Below are positions 1-11,779 of a stretch of 64,000 nucleotides of DNA, piece by piece; the stretch's first letter is position 1, and every line of letters begins with the position of its first letter. The position numbers and the translations under genes were made by a program. The notes under the pieces are model-generated. The model did not search any database. It was not told where the DNA came from and saw nothing but the letters and a program-made list of their open reading frames with translations. Source of the DNA: Eledone cirrhosa (lineage: Eukaryota). Location: positions 64,356,001 to 64,420,000 of the forward strand of contig OZ024744.1 in the NCBI GenBank assembly GCA_964016885.1, in the 5' to 3' direction.

Positions 1-244
1 ATGGTCTTGTGCTAAGTTGACCGAACTAAACAAAATATTTTTGCTCTGGCAAGGGTTCAACCCATGCTTGTATTTCTAGCTCTACAATGTAGATTTTAAT
101 CTTCTTATATACCAAGCATTCTCATTTCAATGGAAATAATTCTTATAATTAACACCCATTTCAATTATTTTGGTTAGAATTCACTATCATTAAGGAACCA
201 CTATGGGTGTGTGTGTCTGTGTGTACATATGTAGTGGGTGCAAA

Positions 245-785
245 TCACTTAACCTATTAGAAACAGCAACAAGATCTCCAGTAAACCACACCCTATTGTT
301 TTAGAAAAATATACAGTGGATAATGTGTTCTTGGGTGCACATTTCATGACAAAAAGATGGGATAGTCATGGCTGGAATACCTTTGTTCATCAATCTACTT
401 GATCACATCTGACCAAGAGTTTTAAAAAAATCATTGGTAGAAATATCAGATAAACAACTCCAAAATCACACCCTACTGTCTTAAAGATGGAAAGGACTCA
501 TTTAGGATAATGTAGTTCAACATATCTCTAAAAGCATGGGATGATCACAACCATTGCCAGATTTACCATTGTGCTTAGGTCTGCTTTAGCACAAGGCCCT
601 GTTGACCAGGGCGGGCCCTTTCTCCCTGCCAAAAAAATTTTTATGATGAATTCTTTACAAGTGGCTTCATAACTTAACTAGCACAGGGCCTCGTTTGTCT
701 TAAATCTGACACTGATCACAACGGAACAGTTTTTTATTCTATGCCTCTCAATTAGGATTAAACAAAGGTTAAACAACAAGAACTA
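245..785 (+). repeat. Interspersed repeat family R, two tandem copies; others at about 21650-21870, 34436-34805, 60325-60495 and 62355-62400
   Basis: Shared string TAGAAATAGCAGCCAAA...AATCACACCCTAC...GGATAATGTAGT...GATGGGATGGTCATG.CTGGAA...TAAACAACAA. Confidence 0.65.
552..714. mobile_element. hAT-type MITE with 8-bp TSD
   Basis: TIRs CATTGCCAGATTTA / TAAATCTGACACTG. Exact TSD ATCACAAC at 544-551 and 715-722. It interrupts an older repeat. Confidence 0.8.
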
Positions 786-997
786 CAGAACTAGCCATAT
801 TATAATAAATATTATAAATATTCAAGGCAGGATTTAAACTTGGAGAGTTTTCTTGTTAATAAATTACACCTGAAGATTTCATAAAAATTGAAAACAAGTC
901 TGCCTTTTAATTATTTGGAGGCCCCTGAGAATTGTGAAACCCTAAGTTTTAGCTTGTTTAGATTTTGTCTAACTGTGGCACTTCTAATCGTTAACTT

Positions 998-1213
998 TTA
1001 ACCCTTTAGTATTTACATTACTCTATATTTATTATTGTATTTTCACGGTAAAAGCTTTATCTCACATAATATTGAATCTATGAGATTTTGATATTATTTA
1101 TTTTGAGAACAATACCTTAACATAAGTCTAAGCAGCCAGTTACAGCTGGTTTGAACAGAAAGAGGTGAAAGAATTTTGGCTGGATATGGCTGGTTTAAAT
1201 GCTAAAGGGTTAA
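998..1213. mobile_element. TTAA-flanked MITE family 1 (piggyBac-like), copy 1
   Basis: TTAA|CCCTTTAGTATTTA ... TAAATGCTAAAGGG|TTAA; 14-bp TIR with 1 mismatch. Confidence 0.85.
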
Positions 1214-1711
1214 AGACATTTCCATGGTTCTAGGAGAGAACTGTCACCAGATTGACAGTTCCCTGCCAAGTTTCATGAAATGTTATACTGTATAAGTTTA
1301 TAAATTTTGTTCCCAAAACTAAGAGATCATTAAAGGCATCCCTTTATTTTACAATGGATGAAAGTGTACAAGTGCAGGCTGGAGCAAGGTTCTTTTCCTT
1401 TCTTTTTTTTTATGGAATATCAGCAGAAACCCATGTATGCAAGTCTCCCTTCTCCATACAACTGATGCAAGGCAAGGTCCAATACAGTTTGGATCTAGTG
1501 TTGCTGCAGGATTTACTTTCATGACATAAATAACCTATTTACCCAATTTCACTCACAAGGCATGAGACACCCTGAGGCTATGGTAAATGATACTGGTCCA
1601 AGATGCCATGCAATGGGATTGAAACTGGGAACTAATATTTGTGAAGCAAACTCCATAACTATTTGGCCATACTGCATCTATAGCAGTAATAGTAGCATTG
1701 GTATGTATGTA

Positions 1712-1743
<32 letters not shown>

Positions 1744-1767
1744 AGTATGTATGTATGTGGTAACATG

Positions 1768-2399
1768 TATCCCAGTACAACCTGTCTCATGGTTGGGTCG
1801 TTGGCGACTAAACTGGCAACCCCACCAATGTTTCTTGGTGAGGAGGGTGACTTTGGACATCCTGCAGGACTAAAAACAAAACCTGTCAAAGGGCAAAGGA
1901 GCTCTTAAGAGTCAATGGCCATCCAAAATCACCGGGAGAGATGACCCCCTTAGCCTTTGTCAAGGCAGAATTCTAGGAGAAGGAAAACTCTGATATAACA
2001 CCTGCAACCCTGATGGTATCCAATAATGTTGACTTGTTCTTCTTTTTGGTAAATATCATCTTGGTTAAGAGAGTGGGACTGGCTTTGTGCAATGCCTTTG
2101 CTCACTATAAAAGCTTCACGGCACAGGCATTGCTTTGTATCAGGAGATCTCTCTGCACTTGTCGTCACATGGGCCCAGCACTATATGTCAATAATTGTCA
2201 CAAGTGTATTGTTTGTACCAGAGTTTTCAAGTCGCTGGCTGGACTAAAAAGTCACATTCGTTCAGCGCATCGGTAGGGTTCTCCTACATGGATATAAAGT
2301 AGTGGCCGTACTCGAAAACGAGTTGGCAGCCACTATGTATGTATGTATGTATGTATGTATGTATGTATGTATGTATGTATGTATGTATGTATGCGTGTA

Positions 2400-2400
<1 letters not shown>
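1768..2400 (+). mobile_element. Internally deleted (bipartite) RTE/BovB-like non-autonomous element ending in a C2H2 zinc finger and (TATG)n tail
   Basis: The 5' part resembles RTE-BovB 5' UTRs (AAACTGGCAACCCC, AGGAGAAGGAAAACTCTGAT). The 3' part encodes HKCIVCTRVFKSLAGLKSHIRSAHR* (to 2276), followed by a short UTR and (TATG)n. (TATG)n is also present upstream. Confidence 0.65.
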
Positions 2401-2454
<54 letters not shown>

Positions 2455-3584
2455 TGTATATATGTATGTATGTATGGCATATCCAGTTGGTCAGTGTTTT
2501 TTAAAGCTGTTAATGCAGTACTTCCCACATGGCTGATTTGTTCTACCATTGTTACCTAGCAACAATTACTTTCTTGTTTCAATGGTGACAACAATAGTAA
2601 ATGCATAAAAAAAAAACAGAAAAGCAAAAAAACAACAACAAAACAACAAATAAATAAAATAACTAGAACAAAACTAATGAATTTTCAAGTTTCTTTTTAC
2701 TGTATGAAATAGTTATTAGCACATTGATTTTCATTCAATCCTTTCTGCAACTTTGTATTTTATGCAGCTCTGTATTTTCATTTTAGTTCAAAGAAAATTT
2801 GAACATGACTCATACATAGCAGCTAAATTGTTGAAGTTCTGAATTGACAATACAGATGACTGGTCTGTTCTGTTTGGCTAATATACACACCATTCAAATA
2901 ACTACAAGGTACCCGCTGGATATCATTTTTCAAATAGCTTGTGGGGAGTTAAATTTTTTTTAGTGCAAATCCGACATTGATTCAATTTAAATTACATCAA
3001 GTTACAAAAGATCAAAGCATAAAAAGTCATAAAACAATTTTTTTTTCTCTCTCATTGGTTAAAAATATAATTTAAAAATTCTGTTTACAAATCTTATATA
3101 TATATATATAATATGTATATGTAGGTCTCACAGCAAAAAGCGCTTAGCCCACACTGTAAAGAGGTCATTTTGATGCCACGACAAAAAGAATTCAGCACAC
3201 ACTGAATGCGATTGGTGTTAGGAAGGACATCCAACCAAAGAACCCAAACCCAAATCAGTTCTGTTTGAGCAAAACACAGTTATCTGATCTGGCTTGCCTC
3301 GCAATAGGACAGCTCTGCTAACCCATGCTAGTGTGGAAAAATGGACGTCAAATGGTGATGATGATGATGATAATGAAATCAGATTTATAAACAGATACCA
3401 CATCTATGATGGATAACACAGATCTACCTATTAAACAATCCAACACAAATGATATATACATATCACCCACCTTGAAGATTGTCTCTCTGTTGAGCACTGG
3501 CTGCTGGTCTCTGGTCTGAAGCATTTTTGCCCAGCGTTATCTTTTACAGTATTTAGCTCTTTTAACGGCTGTTCTAGTTTTCTC

Positions 3585-3636
<52 letters not shown>

Positions 3637-4022
3637 TCATCATCATCATCATCGTTTAACGTCCATATTCCACGCTTGCATGGGTTTGGACGGGAGTTTT
3701 CCCACTTGAGGCAAGAGTGGTTGTCTTGCTCGCATAGGACTTTCTGGTGGGTTTTCTACGGCTGGATGCCCTTCCTAACACCAACCACATTTACAGTGTG
3801 GAACTGGGAGGTTTTTACCGTGTTACCTACACGGCCACATTACAGCGTGGACTGTGTGTTTTTTTGTCGTGACACCTACACGACCTCATTTGTTTCGGCC
3901 TGGATGTTGTGGTACCAACATAACTTTACATTGAAAGGGTAGTGTGGATGGGGTGGGGGTAGTGGGACGGGGGTGTATTTTGTTAGAGGTGCCTACTGAC
4001 TGTAGTAGGTTTTACTTTGTAT

Positions 4023-5597
4023 TTAGGTAAGGCGGGCCTTCTCTATTACTGTGTAGCGCCAAAGATCTCGGTCCAATGACATTGTCTTGGAGAGCTGTAA
4101 GTGTGTGAGGTCGGAATTTATCAAGTCGTCCCAGGTTTTTCTGGGTCTGCCTACTCCGTGGCTACCGTCTATTTTTATTGCCCTGCACTTTGTTATACAG
4201 CTGTCGTCTTTCATGCGCATCACGTGACCATACCAACGTAGCCTTCTCTTGAGTAAACAACATCTGATCCCTCTTATTTCTAATTTTTCCCTTAGTTCGT
4301 TTATGCTTTGCCGTTCACGTATATTACTATTACACATCCAGCAGAGCATGCAAGCTTTGTTCCTCTCTAGTCTGCGTATAGCCTCTGCACACAATGCCCA
4401 GGTCTCACTGCCATGCAACATTGCTGTTCGTATGCAGGCATCATACAGACTGCCTTTCATTTTTAGAGAGAACCCTTTAGCGGCTAATAGTGGTATAAGC
4501 TCTCTGAACTTTTTCCATCCAGTTCTGACTCTAGCTACTGTACTTTCAGAGCACCCTCCCCCACTGCTGATTTTGTCACCCAGGTAACGGAAGCTGTCCA
4601 CTATTTCTATAGAACCATCTGTACAATTGAAAGAGCTAGTATTTTGTGGGCACTTGCTGCTACTTATTGCACCAGAGCACTGGCCACATATAAAATCTAT
4701 GTTCTTAGTTAGCTTACCTGTGATCCCACTACATCTTTTATGCACCCATACTTTGTATTTGGGACATAAAATGGAGTTTCTACCTACTCCATTCCTACAC
4801 ACTGAGCATGGCCATTTCCCGGATGGGACCGACGCCCTATTTTCCTTCCTACAAACTAGAACTTTAGTCTTAGACAGGTTAATTTTAAGGCCTTTTGATT
4901 CTAGGCCATGCTTCCATGTTTGGAATTTCTTCTCTAGTTCGGCCATTGATTCAGCTATGAGCGTTAGATCATCTGTGTATAGGAGTTCCCATGGGCAGCC
5001 GGTCTTGAACTCCACTGTTATAGCCTGAAGGGCAATAATAAATAATAGGGGGCTAAGAACGGAGCCCTGATGAACACCAACTTTTACGCTAAACTCTTCA
5101 CTATATTCGTTGTTAATTCTAACCTTGCTGACTGTTTCTTTATACATGGCTTGTATAGCTCTCACAAGCCATTCATCAACACCTAGTTTTCTAAGAGCCC
5201 ACCAGATAATGGAACGGGGGACTCTGTCGAAGGCTTTCTCCAAGTCGACAAAAGCTAAGTATAGGGGTTTACTTTTAGCTAGGTACTTCTCCAGTAGTTG
5301 TCGTACAATGAAAAGAGCGTCTGTGGTACTTTTGCCAGACACAAACCCGAACTGCATTTCATCTAGATCAATTCTCTCTCTGATTAGTTGCGTTATTACT
5401 TTTTCTGTGACCTTCATGACCTGGTCGATTAATTTAATGCCTCTATAGTTACTCCTATCTAGGGCATCTCCTTTATCCTTGTAGCAGTTAATCATGATGC
5501 TGCTACGCCAGTCCTTCGGAACAACCCCATTCTGTATGACTTGGTTTACTATCCGGGTGACCATGGTGTGTCCCACCGTTCCAGAGGCTTTCAGCAT
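4023..5597 (-). pseudogene. RTE LINE ORF, reverse transcriptase plus embedded PHD-like finger and thumb region
   Basis: 524-aa open stretch with non-LTR RT motifs; catalytic YADD reads YTDD here. A Cys/His cluster lies at 4808-4677. Confidence 0.93.
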
Positions 5598-6376
5598 TTC
5601 AGTAACTATTTACGAAGGCCCAGCTGCCTTACCCGTCTTCATATCTTTGCTTACCTTACTTATTATACTACCTTCGACTAACACTGCTGGTCCCTCTATT
5701 GGGTCGATGTGGGGGAGGCTGTCTTTCTCCCATTTATTCTCCTCATTTAGTAGCCTTTCGTAGTGACACTTCCAAGCTACCTTCTTATCAGCGTCGGTGA
5801 TGGCAAGTATGCCATCATCATTAAGTACACACTTCTCCCCGACAATATCACGGTTTTCCTTGACACATTGCCTAGCAATCCTGAACACCTCACGTTTTTG
5901 GTCCTCGCATTGTAGAACATGCTTGAACTTTCTTTCCTCTGCTTCCCTTCTTGCGAAGTACACTTGTCTCCTAGCTTCCCTCTGGGCACTTGATAGTCTT
6001 CTCTACTTCCCCCATCCCGCCATACTTTCCAAGCCTGCTTTTTGGCCTTAATTGACCCCTCCACCTTACTGTTCCACCACCATGTTACTCTCCTCCTGCC
6101 TATAGGGTGCTCCAGCCACAGACTTCGTCTGCCGCCATCAGCATGTTTGCTTTCAGGAATTCCCACTGTTCCTCTATATTGTACGACTCTAAATGCTCTT
6201 CCTTACTGTCGAAAGCATCAAGTAATATGCTTTTAAATTTATTTCTGGCTGTGGGGTCCTTTAGCTTCCATATTTTTCTCCTGAGGATAGTTCTCTTCTA
6301 TGAGGTCGCTAATTATGAGTCTATGTTGGGAGGTGCATTCTTCATGGGGGAGGAATTTAGTGTTTACAACAGACAC

Positions 6377-7180
6377 TCAGTCACGTCTTCTGATAAGGAT
6401 ATAATCTACCTGGCTGGTATGTTCCCCTGATTTGTAGGTGATCAAGTGATTGTCTCGTTTTTTGAAGTTAGTGTTACAGATAATTAGGTTATTTGCGTCA
6501 CAGAATTCCAGGATTCTGGAGCCTTCCTCATTTCTAGTACCAAACCCATAGCCTCCGTGGATTCCATCATAGCCGTCACAATGTTGTCCAACATGACCAT
6601 TTAGGTCGCCAGCAATAATTATATAGTCACTGTCGGTTATTTGGGAGGTAGTGAGCATCAGTGTCTCATAGAAACTGTCTTTTATAGCGCCAGGCAGTCC
6701 GGATTGGGGCGCGTACGTAAATATTACAATCACAGTAGTTCTATTTAGAACAAGTCTTAATTTAATTATTCTGTCATTCACTCTATTTACGTCTATTATC
6801 TTATCCACCCATTTTTCTGCTACCATGCTTCCTACCCCACCCAGCCCATTGTCATTTCCCACCCAGAAAAGCTTATAGCATCGTTTTTTACCCACAATGA
6901 ATCTAGCAGACCCGCCCCTCCACCTGGTCTCTTGGATACAGCAAACATCAACCTCCTTACGATCAAGCATTTCTACAACCTCGTTAGAGCGGCCTTTTAA
7001 GGTGCCTACATTCATGGTACCAACTCTGAAGTTTTGGATTGCGTTTGGTGGGTGGGGCGCAGGGAGGGGTGAGGTGGATGGGGTTGGGGTTATGTTGGCC
7101 ATCCGTGGCCGCAACAAAGAGGAGGGGTCCTTGCCCTTTCGTCCGGCAGCATGAGGTGAATTTGTCGTTATCTTTGGCAT
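6377..7180 (-). pseudogene. RTE LINE ORF, APE endonuclease part (premature stop)
   Basis: Canonical APE motifs in a 267-aa ORF starting at ATG 7180. The frame breaks after SQVDYILIRRRD. Confidence 0.9.
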
Positions 7181-7341
7181 TGTCTTCGAGTGTCCAGATT
7201 TTTCAGACTCTCCAGAAATTCCTTAGTCCATCCATTATATCGAAAAGCAACCAGAAGTGATAGCATAGGCCATTGACTTGTGATTAGTCCAAATAATAAA
7301 GGTGGAGAGTGGGGGGGGGGTATGGGGTAGTTAGCGAGGAG

Positions 7342-7859
7342 CAGGCTTATTTATATTTGGTGCGTAGGGAGTGAGAGGGAGATTGAGAGAGCGACGTATA
7401 TGATAGAGAGAGTGGGGGTGATAGCGATTTTAGAGGGCTGAGAGAGAGAGAAGCCATTTTTATGAATCCTGGAAAAATTTTCGGCCAAAATGGTAGCGAG
7501 AAGATTATTTAGAACAAGCGTGGAGAAGATTTTTAGAACAGTGAGACAGAATTATAGAAAAACAATTATGAATAGGATGATTATAGATATATGGATGAAT
7601 GAACTGAAGGGTGGAGAGGCAAGAAGAAAATGTTATTTATACGTTACATTTCTTAGAAGCGGACTGACCATTAATAAGAGTTGACAAATTCTGAGTTTTG
7701 TTCCTCGTAACAGGCTTATTTATATTTGGTGCGAGTAGGGAGTGAGAGAGAGATTGAGAGAGCGACGTATATGATAGAGAGAGTGGGGGGTGATAGCGAT
7801 TTTAGAGAGCCGAGAGAGAGAGAAGCCATTTTTATGAATCCTGGAAAAATTTTCGGCCA
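7342..7859. repeat. About 147-bp direct repeat in the LINE 5' UTR (7342-7487 and 7711-7859)
   Basis: CAGGCTTATTTATATTTGGTGCG...GGAAAAATTTTCGGCCA occurs twice, nearly identical, about 369 bp apart. Confidence 0.9.
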
Positions 7860-7959
7860 TATATATATATATGCATAGGTCAAACTAGACATCACCTATG
7901 TGTATTTTCCCATCTGTTTAAGTAGAGCTGTTATGGTTTAGTTTTAAAGTGAAGTTCTT

Positions 7960-8460
7960 TATAAAATATTTCTCCAGATCTAGTTGCTATTGCTTTCACT
8001 ACATTCATATTCTCAATCATGTTATCCATATGCTGTCAAATTTGATGGTTGATCCCTCAGCTGGGTCTACATTATTCTCATTCAGCAACCTCTTGTAATA
8101 ACACTTGAATGAATCTTTCTTTTTGGTGCCAGTAAGAGTAAGTAAATGACCCTTATTCTGTACACATTTCTACCGTATGTCATTGAGGTTCTCTCTTGTA
8201 CACTGTCTTAAAATCCAGAACACTTTGCATCACTGATTTTTATGCTGCAGAACATTGGGAAACCTCTTAGATTTTGCCTTCTCTCTTGCTAAATAAACCT
8301 GATGGCTTACCTTTATTGGAGCTATATGCTATTGTTTCCTTCCAGAATTTCTAAACCTCCCTCTTAGCTTTTATGACCCTATCTGCAGTACTGTTTCTCT
8401 CCTGGTCTGGCTGGTACCTTGCCCTATCCACAACTCACATCTGTCATCATCAGTAGGTTG
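7960..8460 (-). mobile_element. Highly decayed RTE linker fragment
   Basis: The minus strand encodes YYKRLLNENNVDPAEGS, similar to HYERLLNEEN...DPIEGP of the main element. Confidence 0.45.
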
Positions 8461-9067
8461 TCTTGTAAGAGTTTTCAGATTCCCTCTATGTTATATGTCT
8501 CTAATATATATATATACTTGTGGTAAACATTGATGCAATTCAATTCAAGCACGCTACTTTCTTTTTCCACATAGGAATGATGGAGTATATTTAGAATAAG
8601 AAAATGTGAAGTAGTTGCATATGTCCTTTATTGATAAGGCTGTAACACATATTTCAACGATGACAGTGGCCACACGATTCCGTGCACCAGTGCCATGATA
8701 GTTTCATTACATAATAAGGTTACATTCTGGAGGCAATCAAAACTAAAACGAAAAGGGAACAGACAAAGATGATATTTTTGAAGCCTTCACCTGTTCCCTT
8801 GATATATATCATCCTCATTTTTCCTTGCTTACATGGATTGGTTGAGTCCTTCTCAGCACAACATCTCTCCGCACACCGCATTCTTTCGTCATCTCCTCTG
8901 TGAGTCTCAGCGACTTGAGGTCAGCCCGTCCAAGTTCTGACTTTCTCTCACACTTACATTGTTCATCCAACGAAGTATGGTTGCTTCATTTCTCTATATA
9001 TATTTATAATTAAGGATGGTTTTTCCAAAAGAGATCTGAAAGAAATCAGTTAAGTAACATACTCAAG

Positions 9068-9992
9068 ACATTTTACAGTGAGGGCTGGGTGCTTTTTATC
9101 ATGATACCTACACGACCACTTTACAGTGTGGGCTGGGTGCTTTTTATCATGACACCTACACAACCATTTTACATGATGGACTGGGTGCTTTTTGTCATGA
9201 TACCTACACGACCACTTACAGTGTGAGCTGGATGCGTTTTGAGATATCAATATAACTTTATAGTGCAAGGGTGGAGTGGACTGGAGTGGGAGGGTGGGTG
9301 TGTATGGAACGGAGTATAGTGGTTAAGAGGTGCCTACAAGCTGTATGTACATAGGAAGGTATGTCTTCTGTATTATTGCATAACACCGAAGATCTCGATC
9401 CTATGTCATTGTCTTAAAAAGGAGCAATTGCACAAGGTCAGCTTTTATCACCCCATCCCAAGTCTTCCTACTCCATTGGTTCCATCAACTTTGATCGCCC
9501 TGTACATTTTAAACAACTGTTGCCCTCCATACGCATCACATGACCATACCAACACAATCTCCTCTTATGCCTAATTTCTCTCTCAGTTCACATACGCTTT
9601 GCCATTCATGTATATTACCATTACACATCCATCAGAGCATGCATGCTTCATTTCTTTCCAATCTTCTCAGGTCCTCTGCACACAGTGCTCAAGTCTCACT
9701 GCCATGTAACATTGCTGGTCGTATACATGTATCATACAATCTGCCCTTCCTTTTAAGGAAAAAACTTTTTGTAGCTAATAACGGTAGTAACTCCCTGAAC
9801 TTTCTCCATCCCATTCTTACTCTGGCTACTGTACTTTCGGAACACCCTCCTCCACTGCTGATTACATCACTCAAATATCGGAAATTGTTGACTATTTCTA
9901 TAGTCATCAGGGCATTTGAAGGAGCTAGTATCCTATGGGCACTTGCTACTTACTGCATCTGAGCATCGACTGCATATAAAACCTATGTTCTT
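9068..9992 (-). mobile_element. RTE LINE 3' fragment (thumb region and 3' UTR with about 48-bp tandem units)
   Basis: Encodes IEIVNNFRYLSDVISSGGGCSESTVARVRMGWRKFRELLPLLA...MLHGSET. About four CACCCAGCCCACACTGTAAAGTGGTCGTGTAGG-type units at 9070-9240. Confidence 0.9.
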
Positions 9993-10089
9993 TGATACGT
10001 TAATGGATAAAGAAAGCAGCAGAAGAAAAAGAAGGCGGAGGAGGTAACAAAAGCTGTCAACAACTTCTAAGGAGTCTCACAGGCAAATG

Positions 10090-10915
10090 CTCTTAATACT
10101 TACTTCTCCACATCTGCCACACACAAAGTCTATCTTTTCCATTATTCTACCTACAATCCCACTACATCTTTTGTGTATCCATAAATTACACAGTGTTCAC
10201 CTCACAGAATTTCTGCTCCTTCTTTCTGACATATCAAATAAAGCCACTTCCCTGATGGTATCACCCTCTTGTCCTCTTTCCTACCTATTAAGACTTGTAT
10301 TTGCTAAGTTTACTTTTAAGCTTTTCAACACTTGGTTCTTCTTCCATCTCTAACTCTCCTACGAATTCATCAGCATGTAGAACTCCCATGGAGTGCCAGT
10401 TTTAAACTCTTCATTGATGACCTGAAGGACAATACAATGATAAACAGAAGTGGACTAAGAACGGAGCCATGGTTGACCCCTACCTGCACTTCAAATACAT
10501 TACTGTACCCATTTCCAACTCACTGCTGGTTGATCCTATATACATGGCCTGCACGGCCATCACAAGTCATTCGTCTACACCTAACTTCCTAAATGCCCTC
10601 CAGATTACAGAGCATGGGACCTTGTCAAAGACCTTCTCCAGACCTACAAATACAGTGGCTTACTCTTAACTCAATTCCTCTCCTCCACCAGAAAGTATCG
10701 GTAGTACTCCTACCTGGCAAACAGTCAAACTGCATCTCATCTAACCTGATTCTGTTTCTCATTAGTTGTGCCATAACCTTTTCCGTAACTTTCATGACTG
10801 GTCCATCAACTTGATGCCTCTGTAGTTACTTCTCTGTAAAGTGTCTCGTACTTGTGGCAATTTACAATGATACTGTGCCAGTCATTGGGTATGACACCAT
10901 CCTGCTCTACTTGAT
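10090..10915 (-). mobile_element. Divergent RTE RT fragment (second subfamily) with PHD remnant
   Basis: The minus strand gives VDLEKxFD-like and GVNHGSVLSPLL-like motifs and LCNLWIHKRCSGIVGRIMEKIDFVCGRC. It ends at a (TA)n run. Confidence 0.8.
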
Positions 10916-10964
10916 TATATATATATATATATGATGATAATGGATCACTTGGCCTGACTGACAC

Positions 10965-11436
10965 TGATAAGAGACTGCATGAGAGGAATAAGTAGAGCCA
11001 GCAGTGGTACCAGCTCTACAAGTTAACAGTAGTGTAGTAAGGCAATTAAGGATATGAAAACAGGCAAAGCAGCCAGACCATCGGGTGCAGTTGCTGAAAG
11101 CATCTGGGATAGTGGGTCACACCTCAACCACCCATATAAACCAAGTAGTACAGAATGGTGTCATACGGAATGACTGGTTTAGTAGCATCATTGCTAACTG
11201 CTACAAGGGCAAAGAAGATGCTCTAGGCAGAGGTATCATGTTGATGGACCAGGTCATGGAATTTAGAGAAAGAGTTATTGCACTGCTGATTAGGGACCAA
11301 ATTAACCTATATGAGATGCAGTTTGGATTTGTGACAGGTAAAAGTACCACTGATGCCCTCTTACTTGTGAGGCAACAGCAGAAGTACCTAGCTAAAAGTA
11401 ACTCTCCCTACTTGGCATTTGTTGATTTGGAGAAAG
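10965..11436 (+). mobile_element. RTE RT N-terminal fragment
   Basis: ORF 11085-11453 (LKASGIVGH...EMQFGFVTGKSTTDAL...YLAFVDLEKA) is homologous to the start of the 5597 ORF. Confidence 0.88.
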
Positions 11437-11779
11437 CACGGTGGCTTGAGTAAAGACTTGCCTCCCGTTTTTTTTTTATCTAATATTTTTCTGGAATTAT
11501 AGGATCCCCATTGCTAGTTCATTGCTTTACCATTCACTGATGTTAATCATCGGTGAATGTTCATGATTTTTGCTGGTATGCAGTGGTACCATACAGGCCT
11601 AATAAAAACTTTCTAGAGCATCACCTTTGCCCTTGTAGCAATTTATGATTGCATTGCTGCGCCAGTTATTGGGTATGACTCCGTCCTGTATTACTGGATT
11701 GACTATGCAGATATATATACACTCTTTTACCTCTTCCAATGCTTGGTCACTGTCATTGCTACTACACTTTTTATAGTCA

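Larger units (their letters stand above)
3634..7859 (-). mobile_element. Near full-length RTE-clade LINE with frameshifts and stops
   Basis: APE endonuclease at 7180-6377 (VGTMNVGTL, CCIQETRW, AGDLNGHVG, SQVDYIL). Linker fragments at 6166-5610. RT at 5597-4023 (YRGIKL, QFGF, AFVDLEKAFDRVPR, GVHQGSVLSPLLF, LLYTDD, FRYLG, MLHGSETW, RRLRWYGHV, GRPRKTW). The 3' UTR ends in (GAT)n, and (TA)n flanks both ends. Confidence 0.95.

Noticed and set aside
823-983. Second hAT-like MITE starting CAAGGCAGGATTTA
   Set aside because: The right TIR is too degenerate and I found no TSD.
2013-2276. Host C2H2 zinc-finger gene
   Set aside because: A single finger followed by a stop and a microsatellite tail, with no TGEKP linkers; it fits a LINE ORF end better.
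4249-6430. Plus-strand ORFs overlapping the LINE
   Set aside because: Antisense shadows of the RTE ORF with no recognisable motifs.
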